Source of the DNA: an uncultured Rikenellaceae bacterium
GTDB taxonomy: Bacteria > Bacteroidota > Bacteroidia > Bacteroidales > Tenuifilaceae
DNA length: 64,000 nucleotides
Reading direction: 5' to 3'
NCBI GenBank assembly: GCA_964390565.1
Contig: CAYMII010000001.1
Coordinates: 47,230-111,229, forward strand
In this document: positions 23,885 to 33,797 of the stretch, in pieces
How the letters are laid out: each line of letters begins with the position of its first letter
Numbering within the stretch: the stretch's first letter is position 1
Made by a program: the position numbers and the translations under genes
The notes under the pieces: model-generated
The model's input: the letters and a program-made list of their open reading frames with translations, nothing else
What the model was told of the DNA's origin: nothing
Databases searched by the model: none

Positions 23885-26236
23885 ATGAAAAATCTATTAA
23901 AATTGCTGCTAGCAACCCTAATCCTTTCAACAATTCAAATTTATTCGTTTGCTGATGATGCTCCAGAAGGAAAGCCCACTGTGAGCGGTTACATTAAGGA
24001 TGCTACAAATGGTGAAGTATTAATTGGGGCAACGATACTTGTTAAAGAGGAAGGGAAGGGAACTGCTGCGAACATTTATGGTTTCTACTCTTTAAGCCTT
24101 ACACCGGGTAACTATACCCTTGTTTATTCATTTATTGGATACAATTCGATAGAAAAGGTTATTAAACTAACTGAGAATACAACTATAAATGTTGAGCTTG
24201 AGCCTGAATCGCAAGTGTTAGAAGAGGTGGTTGTTAGTAGTGAGAAACCAAACTCAAATATTACAAAACCACAAATGAGCGTTACGCGTTTGGAAATGAA
24301 GAGTATTCAGCGTATCCCCGCATTAATGGGTGAGGTTGATATTATTAAAGCGATACAAATGCTCCCAGGTGTGCAGTCTACTGCCGAGGGTTCATCAGGC
24401 TTTAGCGTTAGAGGCGGTTCTTCTGATCAAAACCTAATACAGCTCGATGAAGCAACAGTTTATAATGCATCGCATGTTATGGGTTTTTTCTCGGTATTTA
24501 ATAATGATGCCATTAAAGATTTAAAACTATATAAGGGAGATATCCCTGCTTCAAGCGGAGGTCGTTTGTCATCATTGCTTGACGTAAGGATGAAGGACGG
24601 AAATTCTAAGAATATCGAGGGAACAGGTGGTTTAGGTACTATTTCTGGACGATTTACAATTGAAGGACCAATAATTAAAGATACCTCATCTTTTATTGTT
24701 TCGGGAAGAAGATCGTGGATTGATATGTTTTTCCCTTTATTTAAAAATCAGGAGGTTAAAGATTCTAAACTTTACTTTTACGATCTTAACGCTAAGGTAA
24801 ATTATACGATAAACGAGAATAACCGAATTTATCTTTCTGGGTATTTTGGTCGTGATGTATATAAGATCATGTCTTCTGAATTCGCGTATGGTAACCAAAC
24901 AATGACGCTACGCTGGAACCACCTTTTTAGTAAAAAATTATTTTTAAACTCTACTCTTATCTACAGCAATTACAACTATTTACTTGGTTCTGATTTTGAA
25001 GATGCAAGCGCATTTAAGTGGACATCGGATATGAATGATTATAGCTTACGTTTCAATTTCAACTACTTTCTAAATCAAAATAATAATATCCAATTTGGGA
25101 TACAATCAACTTTCCATAAGTTTAATCCTGGATTAGTTGAGGGAACAAGTTCTCAATCGATGATTAATAAATTGAAATTAGATAATAATTATGCATTTGA
25201 ACATGGAGTTTATGCCATGAATGAGCAATTGATAGGGACTAAATTGACATTAAAGTATGGTTTGCGATTATCCATTTTTCAAAATGTAGGTAGTGCTCAG
25301 GTTTTTAAATATGACGAAAACTATGAAGTTGTTGATGCTTCCAATTATAGTAAAGGTGAAATTTTTAATACATATGTTCGGTTAGAACCTCGTTTGGGAT
25401 TAAGCTATGCTTTTAATAGCGCAAATTCAATAAAGATGAGCTATTCAAGGACATATCAATACGTGCAACAAGCTTCAAACTCTCAAGGTGGAACACCCCT
25501 TGATGTTTGGTATCCAGCATCACCCAATGTGAAGCCGCAGAAATCCGATATGTATGTATTGGGATATTTCAGAAACTTTATGGAGAATACTATTGAAACA
25601 TCTGCTGAAGTTTATTATAAAACTATTGATGATGTGATTGATTTTAAGGAGCATGCTAACCCATTTTTAAATGAAAAACTCGAAGGAGAGTTACGTGTTG
25701 GCAAGGGTCGTGCTTATGGTTTAGAGTTGATGGCTAAGATTAATCGGAAGAAATTTGGGGGTTGGATTAGCTACACATATGCGAGAGCATTTAGGACAAT
25801 CCCAACCATTGAGAAAAATCAGGAGTTCAATGCTCCCTACGATAAACCGCATAGCGCAACTGTTGTTTTAAGTTACGATTTTAATAAACGAGTAACCCTA
25901 TCAGCTAATTGGATTTATTCAACAGGCCAACCATTAACTGCTCCAACCAAAAGAATAGAAATTGATGGAACTATAATTCCCGTATATTCTGAAAGGAATG
26001 GAATGCGATACCCCGATTATCATCGATTAGATTTATCATTAACAGTTAAAACCAAGAAATCTTTTACCCGTCGATGGAAAGGGGAGTGGAACTTTTCAAT
26101 CTATAATGTATATAATCGTAAAAATGCATGGGTAATAAATTTTGTTCAGGATAAAAATATTCCGACAAAAACCTATGCTGAAAAAACTTATTTACTCCCT
26201 ATTATACCTTCAATTTCTTATAACTTTAAATTCTAA
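23885..26236 (+). CDS. TonB-dependent receptor with CarboxypepD_reg-like domain
   Basis: Signal peptide, then VSGYIKDATNGEVLIGATILV...YGFYSL (CarboxypepD_reg), then the plug (IPALMGEVDIIKAIQMLPGVQS) and a barrel ending in YNFKF. Confidence 0.9.
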   Translation: MKNLLKLLLATLILSTIQIYSFADDAPEGKPTVSGYIKDATNGEVLIGATILVKEEGKGTAANIYGFYSLSLTPGNYTLVYSFIGYNSIEKVIKLTENTTINVELEPESQVLEEVVVSSEKPNSNITKPQMSVTRLEMKSIQRIPALMGEVDIIKAIQMLPGVQSTAEGSSGFSVRGGSSDQNLIQLDEATVYNASHVMGFFSVFNNDAIKDLKLYKGDIPASSGGRLSSLLDVRMKDGNSKNIEGTGGLGTISGRFTIEGPIIKDTSSFIVSGRRSWIDMFFPLFKNQEVKDSKLYFYDLNAKVNYTINENNRIYLSGYFGRDVYKIMSSEFAYGNQTMTLRWNHLFSKKLFLNSTLIYSNYNYLLGSDFEDASAFKWTSDMNDYSLRFNFNYFLNQNNNIQFGIQSTFHKFNPGLVEGTSSQSMINKLKLDNNYAFEHGVYAMNEQLIGTKLTLKYGLRLSIFQNVGSAQVFKYDENYEVVDASNYSKGEIFNTYVRLEPRLGLSYAFNSANSIKMSYSRTYQYVQQASNSQGGTPLDVWYPASPNVKPQKSDMYVLGYFRNFMENTIETSAEVYYKTIDDVIDFKEHANPFLNEKLEGELRVGKGRAYGLELMAKINRKKFGGWISYTYARAFRTIPTIEKNQEFNAPYDKPHSATVVLSYDFNKRVTLSANWIYSTGQPLTAPTKRIEIDGTIIPVYSERNGMRYPDYHRLDLSLTVKTKKSFTRRWKGEWNFSIYNVYNRKNAWVINFVQDKNIPTKTYAEKTYLLPIIPSISYNFKF

Positions 26237-26240
26237 TTCC

Positions 26241-27098
26241 ATGAAAAATCTCTTCAATATAAAATACTTTGTTGCTCTATTCAGTTTTGTATTTTTGGTT
26301 CATTCATGTACCGAAAAAATTGATTTTCCTTTAGATGATAACGGGAAAGTGCAATGTGTTATTTACGGAGCAATTACTACAGATACCACTGCACATAAAA
26401 TTCGAATATCAAAGACCTCAGCCTATTATAGCAATAAGCCTAGCGAAACTATTTCTGGAGCCATTGTATCAATATCTGATGGAGTAAATACGTTCCCATT
26501 AACTGAAAGCCCAACTGAACCCGGAAATTACTTAACTCAACCCGATGTCTATGGCGAACCCGGGAAAATGTATATTTTACAAGTGAGTAACGTCGATTTA
26601 AATGGAGATGGTGTTCTGCAATCTTATACTGCTCAATCTGAACTTAAGCCTGTAACTCCATTAGATTCAATTGATACGTGGTATAACAGTCGATTCGATT
26701 TTTGGGAAACCGATGTTTGGGCGAAAGATCCGTCAACCGAAGATTTCTACATGTTCAAAGCCTATATTGATGGTGTTTTAAATGCTGATTCGTTGTTAAA
26801 CCTTACAATTACTGATGATATTTTATTTAATGGAAGCAAAATAAATGGCAAAAGTGTTTATGCATTTCCTGAAAAAGATACAATAAAACCAGGATTGAGC
26901 ATTATAACTATCGATATTTGTGGAATAACCAAAGACTACTTTAAGTTTTTAACAGAAGCTCAAACCATGGCTCGTCCACAAAATCCAATGTTTAGTGGAC
27001 CGCCTGCAAATGTGAGAACCAATTTAAGTAATAATGCCTTGGGCTATTTTGCTGCCTATTCAGTTGCAAGTTGTAGTAAGCGAGTAAAGATAAAATGA
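26241..27098 (+). CDS. DUF4249-like lipoprotein (TBDR partner)
   Basis: Starts at ATG 26241 (MKNLFNIKYFVALFSFVFLVHSC, lipobox Cys), 4 nt after the TBDR stop. The DUF4249 call rests on size, context and general resemblance. Confidence 0.6.
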   Translation: MKNLFNIKYFVALFSFVFLVHSCTEKIDFPLDDNGKVQCVIYGAITTDTTAHKIRISKTSAYYSNKPSETISGAIVSISDGVNTFPLTESPTEPGNYLTQPDVYGEPGKMYILQVSNVDLNGDGVLQSYTAQSELKPVTPLDSIDTWYNSRFDFWETDVWAKDPSTEDFYMFKAYIDGVLNADSLLNLTITDDILFNGSKINGKSVYAFPEKDTIKPGLSIITIDICGITKDYFKFLTEAQTMARPQNPMFSGPPANVRTNLSNNALGYFAAYSVASCSKRVKIK

Positions 27099-27118
27099 TT
27101 TAAACCTATTTTTAACTA

Positions 27119-27147
27119 AAAACCTCATCAATAGCTGATGAGGTTTT
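27119..27147 (+). terminator. intrinsic terminator
   Basis: aaaacctcatca (27119-27130) pairs with tgatgaggtttt (27136-27147). The T-run is part of the 3' arm. Confidence 0.65.
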
Positions 27148-27229
27148 ATGCTAAGATTTCTCATAAGTTTCATGATATTCTATTGACTAAAAATCTATCT
27201 TTAGTTGTTAAAAAGGAAGTGTCTAAAAA

Positions 27230-27694
27230 ATGGAAAAACTAATAACTTGGAAAAAAGGCTTTTTTAGCAATACTTTTCAATTATTTGAAAATGGGATACC
27301 TATTGGCACATTAAGTTTTGCTGTTTGGAGTAATAAAGCCACAGGTATTTTAAACGACAAAGAGTTTGAGTTTAAAACCAAAGGCTTTTTTAAACCTGAA
27401 ACGACAATAGTTGATAATAAGACAGGTGCAATAATAGGAAATATCAATTACAACACATGGAAAACAAAGGCTACAATTAATATTGCTGATGGAAAAGTTT
27501 GTGAATGGCAATACTCCAATCTTTGGCACACGAAGTGGGCGTTAAGTCAAGGCCTTTATTTCATCAACTACAGGAGTTCATCTATAAAAGGTGAGATTAT
27601 TTCCCATCTACCTGATGAAGTTTTAATACTATCAGGATTGTTCATTTCTAATTACTTTTCGAGGGCTCATGCTGCTGTGGCTGCTGCAACTTAA
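27230..27694 (+). CDS. hypothetical protein
   Basis: 154-aa ORF with no recognised motifs and a hydrophobic C-terminal segment. Confidence 0.4.
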   Translation: MEKLITWKKGFFSNTFQLFENGIPIGTLSFAVWSNKATGILNDKEFEFKTKGFFKPETTIVDNKTGAIIGNINYNTWKTKATINIADGKVCEWQYSNLWHTKWALSQGLYFINYRSSSIKGEIISHLPDEVLILSGLFISNYFSRAHAAVAAAT

Positions 27695-27877
27695 CTGATT
27701 ACTAATAAATGTTACAAACTCCTATCAATGCTAATTGGTAAGAGTTTTTTCTTTCTTTTAGTGGGTTGACAACAATCTTGGGTGTAATGTTTTTTTCGCA
27801 CGTAAAATTCCCTACATTTATCTGCGTTTTAAAAAATGTATTTCAATTGTTTTTAACTAATTTAAAATCAACAATAT

Positions 27878-28648
27878 ATGGGATACTCAATTTTGAAATA
27901 TGAGCAGGAATCGGGCATTGGAATTATTACAATTTCTCGACCCGAAGCCTTAAACGCCTTAAATATCTTGTTTTTCAAGGAGTTTAACGATTTGTTACAT
28001 ACTCTTCATTCAGCTAAAGACTTAAGAGTGTTAATCCTAACTGGTGATGGAAAAGCATTTGTTGCAGGGGCTGATATTGCCGAGATGCAAAAAATGAAGG
28101 TTAAGGAAGGGTATAACTTCTCAAAAATTGGGCAAGAGGCTTTTAGTAAACTCGTAAACCTCGAAGTACCTGTTATTGCTGCTGTAAACGGATTTGCATT
28201 GGGTGGAGGCTGCGAGTTGGCAATGGCTTGCGATTTTAGAATAGCTAGCTCAAGAGCAAAATTTGGTATGCCTGAGGTTAGCCTTGGGTTAATCCCTGGT
28301 TATGGCGGTACTCAACGTTTATCGAGATTGGTTGGGCTTGGTGATGCTCTTTATCTCGTACTTACAGGTCAAATGATTGATGCTGCAGAAGCTCTGAGAA
28401 TAGGTTTAGTACAAAAGGTGGTTGAGCCCGAGAATTTACTAGTTGAGGCTAAAAATCTTGCTTCGAAAATTGCTGAGCAAGGGCCATATGCTATAAAAAC
28501 TGCAAAAAAAGTAATTAGAAAAGGTTACAGTATTGAGATTGATAGGGGATTTGAACTCGAAGCAGAATCATTTTCAAAGATGTTCGAAAAGGATGGAATC
28601 GAGGGAATGAAAGCTTTCCTTGAGAAACGTAAACCAAATTGGAACTAA
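27878..28648 (+). CDS. enoyl-CoA hydratase (crotonase)
   Basis: The crotonase fold has ALNALN, VLILTGDGKAFVAGADI and AAVNGFALGGGCELAMACD. Confidence 0.9.
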   Translation: MGYSILKYEQESGIGIITISRPEALNALNILFFKEFNDLLHTLHSAKDLRVLILTGDGKAFVAGADIAEMQKMKVKEGYNFSKIGQEAFSKLVNLEVPVIAAVNGFALGGGCELAMACDFRIASSRAKFGMPEVSLGLIPGYGGTQRLSRLVGLGDALYLVLTGQMIDAAEALRIGLVQKVVEPENLLVEAKNLASKIAEQGPYAIKTAKKVIRKGYSIEIDRGFELEAESFSKMFEKDGIEGMKAFLEKRKPNWN

Positions 28649-28669
28649 GAAAAACAATAAACATAACAT

Positions 28670-30007
28670 ATGAACTACGAGGATAAACTTCAGAATGTAT
28701 CGGTCTTGGGGGCTGCTGGTAAAATGGGATCTGGTATCCTATTGCTTACAGCCGTTGAGATGGCAGATATGCAGCTTAAGCCCGAGAATAAAGGGAAAAG
28801 CTTTATTCTTAACGCTATTGATGTTTCACCTATAGCCTTAACAGGGTTATATGGGTATTTAAAAACTCAGGTTAAAAAGATTGCCGAAAAAAAGGTTGTT
28901 CAGCTTCGAGGAATGTATAAGGACAATCCTGATTTAATCGAGAATTCAGAGATTATTGACCAATATGTTGATGATGTGCTTAAGCTAGTCCTTTTCAGCA
29001 CTCGCATTGAATCAACCTACGATTCTACTTTAATCTTTGAGGCAATAGTTGAAGATTCAGATATCAAAGTAAAAATTATATCTCAAATTCTTGAAAATAA
29101 TAAGAGAGATCCTTGGTTCTTAACCAATACATCATCTGTTCCAATTGATGAGCTCGATTCTAGAGCAAAACTCAACGGTAAAATCCTTGGATTCCACTTC
29201 TATAATCCTCCAGCAGTTCAAAAGTTAGTTGAGCTAATTACAACTAAAAATACCAACAAGGAGTTGATCGAATTCTCTAAGGTTTATGCTAAAAACCTAA
29301 ATAAGAAGTTAGTTCCTTCAAACGATTTTGCGGGCTTTATTGGCAATGGCCATTTTATGCGCGATCTTTTGTTTGGAATTAAACAATCGAATGATTTATC
29401 GAAAGACTTCTCTTTTGCAGAATCAATCTATATCGTAAACAGGGTTAGCCAAGATTTCCTTATTCGTCCAATGGGTATTTTCCAATTAATGGACTATGTT
29501 GGCGTTGACGTTTGTCAAAGGATTCTTCAAGTAATGAGTTCTAGGCTTAATAACCCTGCTTTGCATAGTGAGCTAATCGATAAGTTGATGAGCCTTGGTG
29601 TTAAAGGTGGTCAAAATTCAGATGGTTCTCAAAAATCAGGAATCCTGCTTTATGAGAAGGGTAAGCCAGTTGCTATCTACGATCCAAGTGTTAAGGATTA
29701 CGTTCATATCGAATCGTTCCGTGCAACCGTTGATGGAAAATTAGGAAAGTTACCAAACTCCCACAAGCCATGGAAAGATATTGTTGGGAATAAACAAAAA
29801 GATGGTCTTCTTAAGGGTTATTTTGATGAGCTAAAATCATTAAATACCCTAGGCTCAAAACTTTCGAAGGAGTATCATTTAACCTCGAAAAATATTGGTT
29901 TGAACCTTGTTAAGGATGGCATTGCCGATAACGATGAGAATGTAAATACCGTTATGCTAACAGGTTTCTTCCATGCATATGGACCTATCAATAACTACAT
30001 GGATTAA
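28670..30007 (+). CDS. 3-hydroxyacyl-CoA dehydrogenase family protein (long form)
   Basis: Rossmann motif VLGAAGKMGSG, ILGFHFYNPPAVQKLVELI (3HCDH_N-like) and a C-terminal dimerisation domain. Confidence 0.8.
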   Translation: MNYEDKLQNVSVLGAAGKMGSGILLLTAVEMADMQLKPENKGKSFILNAIDVSPIALTGLYGYLKTQVKKIAEKKVVQLRGMYKDNPDLIENSEIIDQYVDDVLKLVLFSTRIESTYDSTLIFEAIVEDSDIKVKIISQILENNKRDPWFLTNTSSVPIDELDSRAKLNGKILGFHFYNPPAVQKLVELITTKNTNKELIEFSKVYAKNLNKKLVPSNDFAGFIGNGHFMRDLLFGIKQSNDLSKDFSFAESIYIVNRVSQDFLIRPMGIFQLMDYVGVDVCQRILQVMSSRLNNPALHSELIDKLMSLGVKGGQNSDGSQKSGILLYEKGKPVAIYDPSVKDYVHIESFRATVDGKLGKLPNSHKPWKDIVGNKQKDGLLKGYFDELKSLNTLGSKLSKEYHLTSKNIGLNLVKDGIADNDENVNTVMLTGFFHAYGPINNYMD

Positions 30008-30028
30008 TTGGTTGTAAAAAAGATTGTT

Positions 30029-31264
30029 ATGAAGAGAAAAATATATATGACCGCGGGGTATAACACCGTGTCGCTAGGAACAGGACGTAAAGAGTTTAAC
30101 CCTAAAAAGCCACGCCCAGGGATTGAGCATTATATCAAAGAAGCAGGTCAGGCAACTGTTAAAGCTGTTGGTGGGGCAAAGAACGTTGATGAGGGAGTAA
30201 TTGGTAACTTCATGGCTTGTCGTTTTGTAAAACAGGCGCACCTTGGAGCATTTATGCCTATCATTGATGATGGATTGCGCCACAAACCTTCGCTTCGCGT
30301 TGAGGGTGCTTGCGCATCGGGTGGTTTGGCACTTGTTTCTGGAATGCGTTCGATTCTATCTGAAACTGCTGATGTTGTTTTAGCCATGGGAGCAGAGGTT
30401 CAAAATACGGTTAAAGCAATTTACGGTGCCGATATCCTTGCTGGTGCAGGTTGGTTTAAGGAGCGTAAAGAGGGTCATGCTTACTTCTTCCCTGGTCAAT
30501 TCAGCAATCGTGCTGGAGCCTATTTTGAGAAGTATGGTAGAGAGAAAACCCGTCAGGCTTTTGCTGTTTGGTTTAAGAATGCCATTGAGAATGCAAGGCT
30601 TTGCCCTACTGCTCAAGAGTATGAGAATAAGGTTGAGGATTTGATTGCACTGGGCCTTACCGAGCCAAACCCAAGAGGTTTTACCGATCATCTAAATGTT
30701 TTTGACTGTTCAAAGGTTTCTGATGGAGCATCAGCAATTGCTATATGCTCCGAAGAGGGACTTGCAAAAGCAGGTATCTCAAAAGCCGATGCGGTTGAGG
30801 TTGTAGGTTGGGCTCAAATAGTTGAGAATATCACCGAAAAACCAAGAGATTTAACAGAACTTTCAACAATTAAAGCCGCTGCTAGAAAGGCTTTAGATTC
30901 AGCAAATATTACAATTAACGATTTGGCAACAATCGAGGTACACGATTGCTTTACGGTTGCTGGTATGCTAAGCGTTGAAGCGCTTGGTTTTGCTAAGCCA
31001 GGTGAAGGTCCAGATTTTATAATCAACGGAAATACTGCTCGAAATGGCCGAATTCCTATCAATACAACTGGTGGATTAATTGGTTGGGGTCACCCAACTG
31101 GTGGAACAGGTGTTCACCAAGCTGTAACAATATGGGAGCAGCTAACCGGTAGAGCAGGAGCAGCTCAGATAGAGATTCTAAAGGACAAACCTTACGGAAT
31201 GACTATCAACATGGGTGGCGACGATAAAACTGTTGTTGCTATCGTTTATAAGAAGTTGAGCTAA
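30029..31264 (+). CDS. thiolase-family acetyl-CoA C-acyltransferase (SCP-x/archaeal-like type)
   Basis: Nucleophile context VEGACASGG and C-terminal HDCF...GGLIGWGHPTGGTG. I prefer ATG 30029, because the track start at 30008 is TTG directly after the upstream stop. Confidence 0.8.
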   Translation: MKRKIYMTAGYNTVSLGTGRKEFNPKKPRPGIEHYIKEAGQATVKAVGGAKNVDEGVIGNFMACRFVKQAHLGAFMPIIDDGLRHKPSLRVEGACASGGLALVSGMRSILSETADVVLAMGAEVQNTVKAIYGADILAGAGWFKERKEGHAYFFPGQFSNRAGAYFEKYGREKTRQAFAVWFKNAIENARLCPTAQEYENKVEDLIALGLTEPNPRGFTDHLNVFDCSKVSDGASAIAICSEEGLAKAGISKADAVEVVGWAQIVENITEKPRDLTELSTIKAAARKALDSANITINDLATIEVHDCFTVAGMLSVEALGFAKPGEGPDFIINGNTARNGRIPINTTGGLIGWGHPTGGTGVHQAVTIWEQLTGRAGAAQIEILKDKPYGMTINMGGDDKTVVAIVYKKLS

Positions 31265-31306
31265 TTTTTAAATTACAGTTCAATTACATAAAAGAAACTA
31301 ATCATT

Positions 31307-32452
31307 ATGAATTTTGAATATAGCGAAGAGCAGTTGATGATTAAAAAAACTGCTCGTGATTATGCGCAACGCGAACTTTTTAAGGATGTGATTGAGCGGG
31401 ATACTAAAGCAATTTATCCCACTGAGCATGTTAAAAATATTGCTCAATTGGGCTTTTTTGGCATGCTAATTAGCCCCGAATATGGTGGGGTTGGAGTCGA
31501 TAATGTTTCTTATGCACTTGCTCTCGAAGAGATATCTAAGGTTGATTCTTCAATTGCCGTTATCATGTCGGTTCACAATTCGCTAACTGCTTATGGAATC
31601 GAGAATTTTGGAACAAAAGAGCAGAAGGAAAAATACTTGCCATTAATGGCAAGTGGCGAAAAGATTGGTGCATTCCTCTTAAGCGAACCCGATGCTGGAT
31701 CTGATGCTTCGTTTCAAAAGACAACGGCCATTGATAAAGGCGATTATTACTTGTTAAATGGAATCAAAAACTGGATTACAAGTGCCAATACTGGTGGAGT
31801 TTATATTGTAATTGCTCAAACTTGGCCTGAGAAAGGGAGTAAAGGAATCAATGCATTTATCGTTGATCGCAACTCAAAAGGTATAACCGTTGGCCCACAT
31901 GAGGATAAGATGGGTATGCGCAGCTCCGATACGCATTCAGTAATGTTTTCTGATGTATTTGTCCCAAAAGAGAATCGGATAGGTGAGGATGGATTCGGCT
32001 TTAAGTTTGCCATGAAGCTGCTTGAAGGAGGGCGAATTGGTATATCAGCGCAAGCATTAGGAATTGCAGGTGGTGCTTACGAATTAGCGCTGAAATATTC
32101 GAAGGAGAGAAAAACTTTTGGTACCGAGATTATTAATCATCAAGGAGTTGCTTTTAAATTGGCAGAAATGGCTGCATCCATTGAATCGGCTCGTTTACTG
32201 GTTCATAAAGCAGCATGGTTAAAGGATAATCATCTACCCTATGGCACTGCAAGTGCCATTGCAAAGCTGGTTGCCACTGATGTTGCAATGAAGGTTACTA
32301 CTGAAGCGGTTCAAATTCATGGTGGCTATGGTTATGTAAAAGAGTATCATGTTGAGCGATTAATGCGTGAGGCCAAGCTTACTCAGATTTACGAAGGAAC
32401 ATCTGAAATTCAGAAAATTATTATTGCTCGCGCAATATCAAAAGATTGTTAA
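31307..32452 (+). CDS. acyl-CoA dehydrogenase (short/butyryl-CoA type)
   Basis: GAFLLSEPDAGSDA, NGIKNWITSA, QIHGGYGY, YEGTSEIQ. Confidence 0.9.
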   Translation: MNFEYSEEQLMIKKTARDYAQRELFKDVIERDTKAIYPTEHVKNIAQLGFFGMLISPEYGGVGVDNVSYALALEEISKVDSSIAVIMSVHNSLTAYGIENFGTKEQKEKYLPLMASGEKIGAFLLSEPDAGSDASFQKTTAIDKGDYYLLNGIKNWITSANTGGVYIVIAQTWPEKGSKGINAFIVDRNSKGITVGPHEDKMGMRSSDTHSVMFSDVFVPKENRIGEDGFGFKFAMKLLEGGRIGISAQALGIAGGAYELALKYSKERKTFGTEIINHQGVAFKLAEMAASIESARLLVHKAAWLKDNHLPYGTASAIAKLVATDVAMKVTTEAVQIHGGYGYVKEYHVERLMREAKLTQIYEGTSEIQKIIIARAISKDC

Positions 32453-32487
32453 TAGAAAACCAAAAATCAAACTAATACAATACTATT

Positions 32488-33669
32488 ATGTCAGCAACAG
32501 TTCAATTCACTGCACCCGACCACTATTTGGTTGATGATTTGTATACTGATGAGCATAAGCTTGTCCGTAACTCAACTAGGGATTGGGTGAACCGTTCGGT
32601 AAAACCTGTTATTGAAGATTACTGCAACAAATCTCAGTTTCCTTTACATCTTGTTAAGGAAATGGGTGAAATGGGTGCATTTGGACCATTTATTCCTGTT
32701 GAGTATGGTGGCTCAGGCCTCGATTATATCTCCTATGGATTAATTATGCAAGAGTTGGAGCGTGGCGATACAGGAGTTCGTTCAATGGCATCTGTTCAAA
32801 CATCTTTAGTGATGTTTCCAATTTTCAAATATGGAAGCGAAGAGCAAAAGAAAAAATATCTTCCTCGTTTAGCTGCTGGTGAAATTATCGGTTGCTTTGG
32901 TTTAACTGAGCCCGATCATGGTTCAGATCCAGGAAGTATGAAAACCAGAATCAAAGATATGGGTGACCATTATCTTCTTAATGGAGCAAAAATGTGGATT
33001 ACAAACTCTACAGTAGCCGATATCGCTGTTGTTTGGGCTAAAGATGATAACAATAGAATTAGAGGCGTGATTGTTGAAAAGGGTTGGAAAGGCTTTACTG
33101 CCCCTGAAACTCATGGAAAATGGTCGCTTAGAGCTTCGGTTACTGGCGAACTCGTTTTTGATGATGTTAAGGTACCTAAAGAAAATCTACTTCCTAATAT
33201 TGAAGGGTTAAAAGGCCCTTTAAGTTGCCTTGATTCTGCACGTTATGGTATTGCTTGGGGTGTTGTAGGTGCAGCAATGGATTGCTATGATGCAGCTGTT
33301 AGATACGCATTAGAGAGAAAGCAATTTGATAAACCAATTGCAGCGTTCCAATTACAACAGAAAAAACTAGCTGAAGCATTAACGGAGATAACTAAAGCTC
33401 AGCTTTTAGTTTGGCGTCTTGGCGTTCTTCGCAATGAAGGAAGAGCAACATCAGCACAAATTTCGATGGCAAAAAGAAACAATGTTGAAATGGCATTGAA
33501 TATTGCTCGCGAAACTCGCCAAATTCTTGGTGCAATGGGTATTACCAATGATTTCCCAATGATGCGCCACATGATGAACCTTGAGTCAGTTATTACTTAC
33601 GAAGGAACTCATGACATTCATCTTTTAATAACTGGACTTGAAATAACAGGAATACCTGCTTTCAAATGA
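32488..33669 (+). CDS. gcdH: glutaryl-CoA dehydrogenase
   Basis: Long stretches resemble GCDH as I recall the human enzyme: GCFGLTEPDHGSDPGSM, WITNS, LRASVTGELVFDDVKVP, ARYGIAWGVVGAA, KRNN, NLESVITYEGTHDIH. Confidence 0.85.
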   Translation: MSATVQFTAPDHYLVDDLYTDEHKLVRNSTRDWVNRSVKPVIEDYCNKSQFPLHLVKEMGEMGAFGPFIPVEYGGSGLDYISYGLIMQELERGDTGVRSMASVQTSLVMFPIFKYGSEEQKKKYLPRLAAGEIIGCFGLTEPDHGSDPGSMKTRIKDMGDHYLLNGAKMWITNSTVADIAVVWAKDDNNRIRGVIVEKGWKGFTAPETHGKWSLRASVTGELVFDDVKVPKENLLPNIEGLKGPLSCLDSARYGIAWGVVGAAMDCYDAAVRYALERKQFDKPIAAFQLQQKKLAEALTEITKAQLLVWRLGVLRNEGRATSAQISMAKRNNVEMALNIARETRQILGAMGITNDFPMMRHMMNLESVITYEGTHDIHLLITGLEITGIPAFK

Positions 33670-33691
33670 TAATTTCATAGACGTATTTTAC

Positions 33692-33722
33692 AAAAGAGGG
33701 GTAGAATACCCCTCTTTTTTGT
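33692..33722 (+). terminator. intrinsic terminator
   Basis: gagggg (33696-33701) pairs with cccctc (33709-33714). It has an A-run before and a TTTTTTTT run after. Confidence 0.8.
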
Positions 33723-33797
33723 TTGGCTACTTTTTATTGGTTTTATTTGCACAATATTTGATTACGATCGTATAAATAGAATATCAAAATTTTGAAT

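Noticed and set aside
26142-26240. Upstream extension of the DUF4249-like ORF overlapping the TBDR 3' end
   Set aside because: ATG 26241 gives a canonical lipoprotein signal peptide (…VHSC) and starts 4 nt after the TBDR stop. The 33 extra codons lie inside the TBDR coding sequence.
30074-31062. Several minus-strand and alternative-frame ORFs within the thiolase gene; likewise 62866-63222 within the amidase gene and 46662-47108 within the DinD-like gene
   Set aside because: All are nested in or antisense to genes with strong family motifs. None has a signal, a motif or plausible start context.
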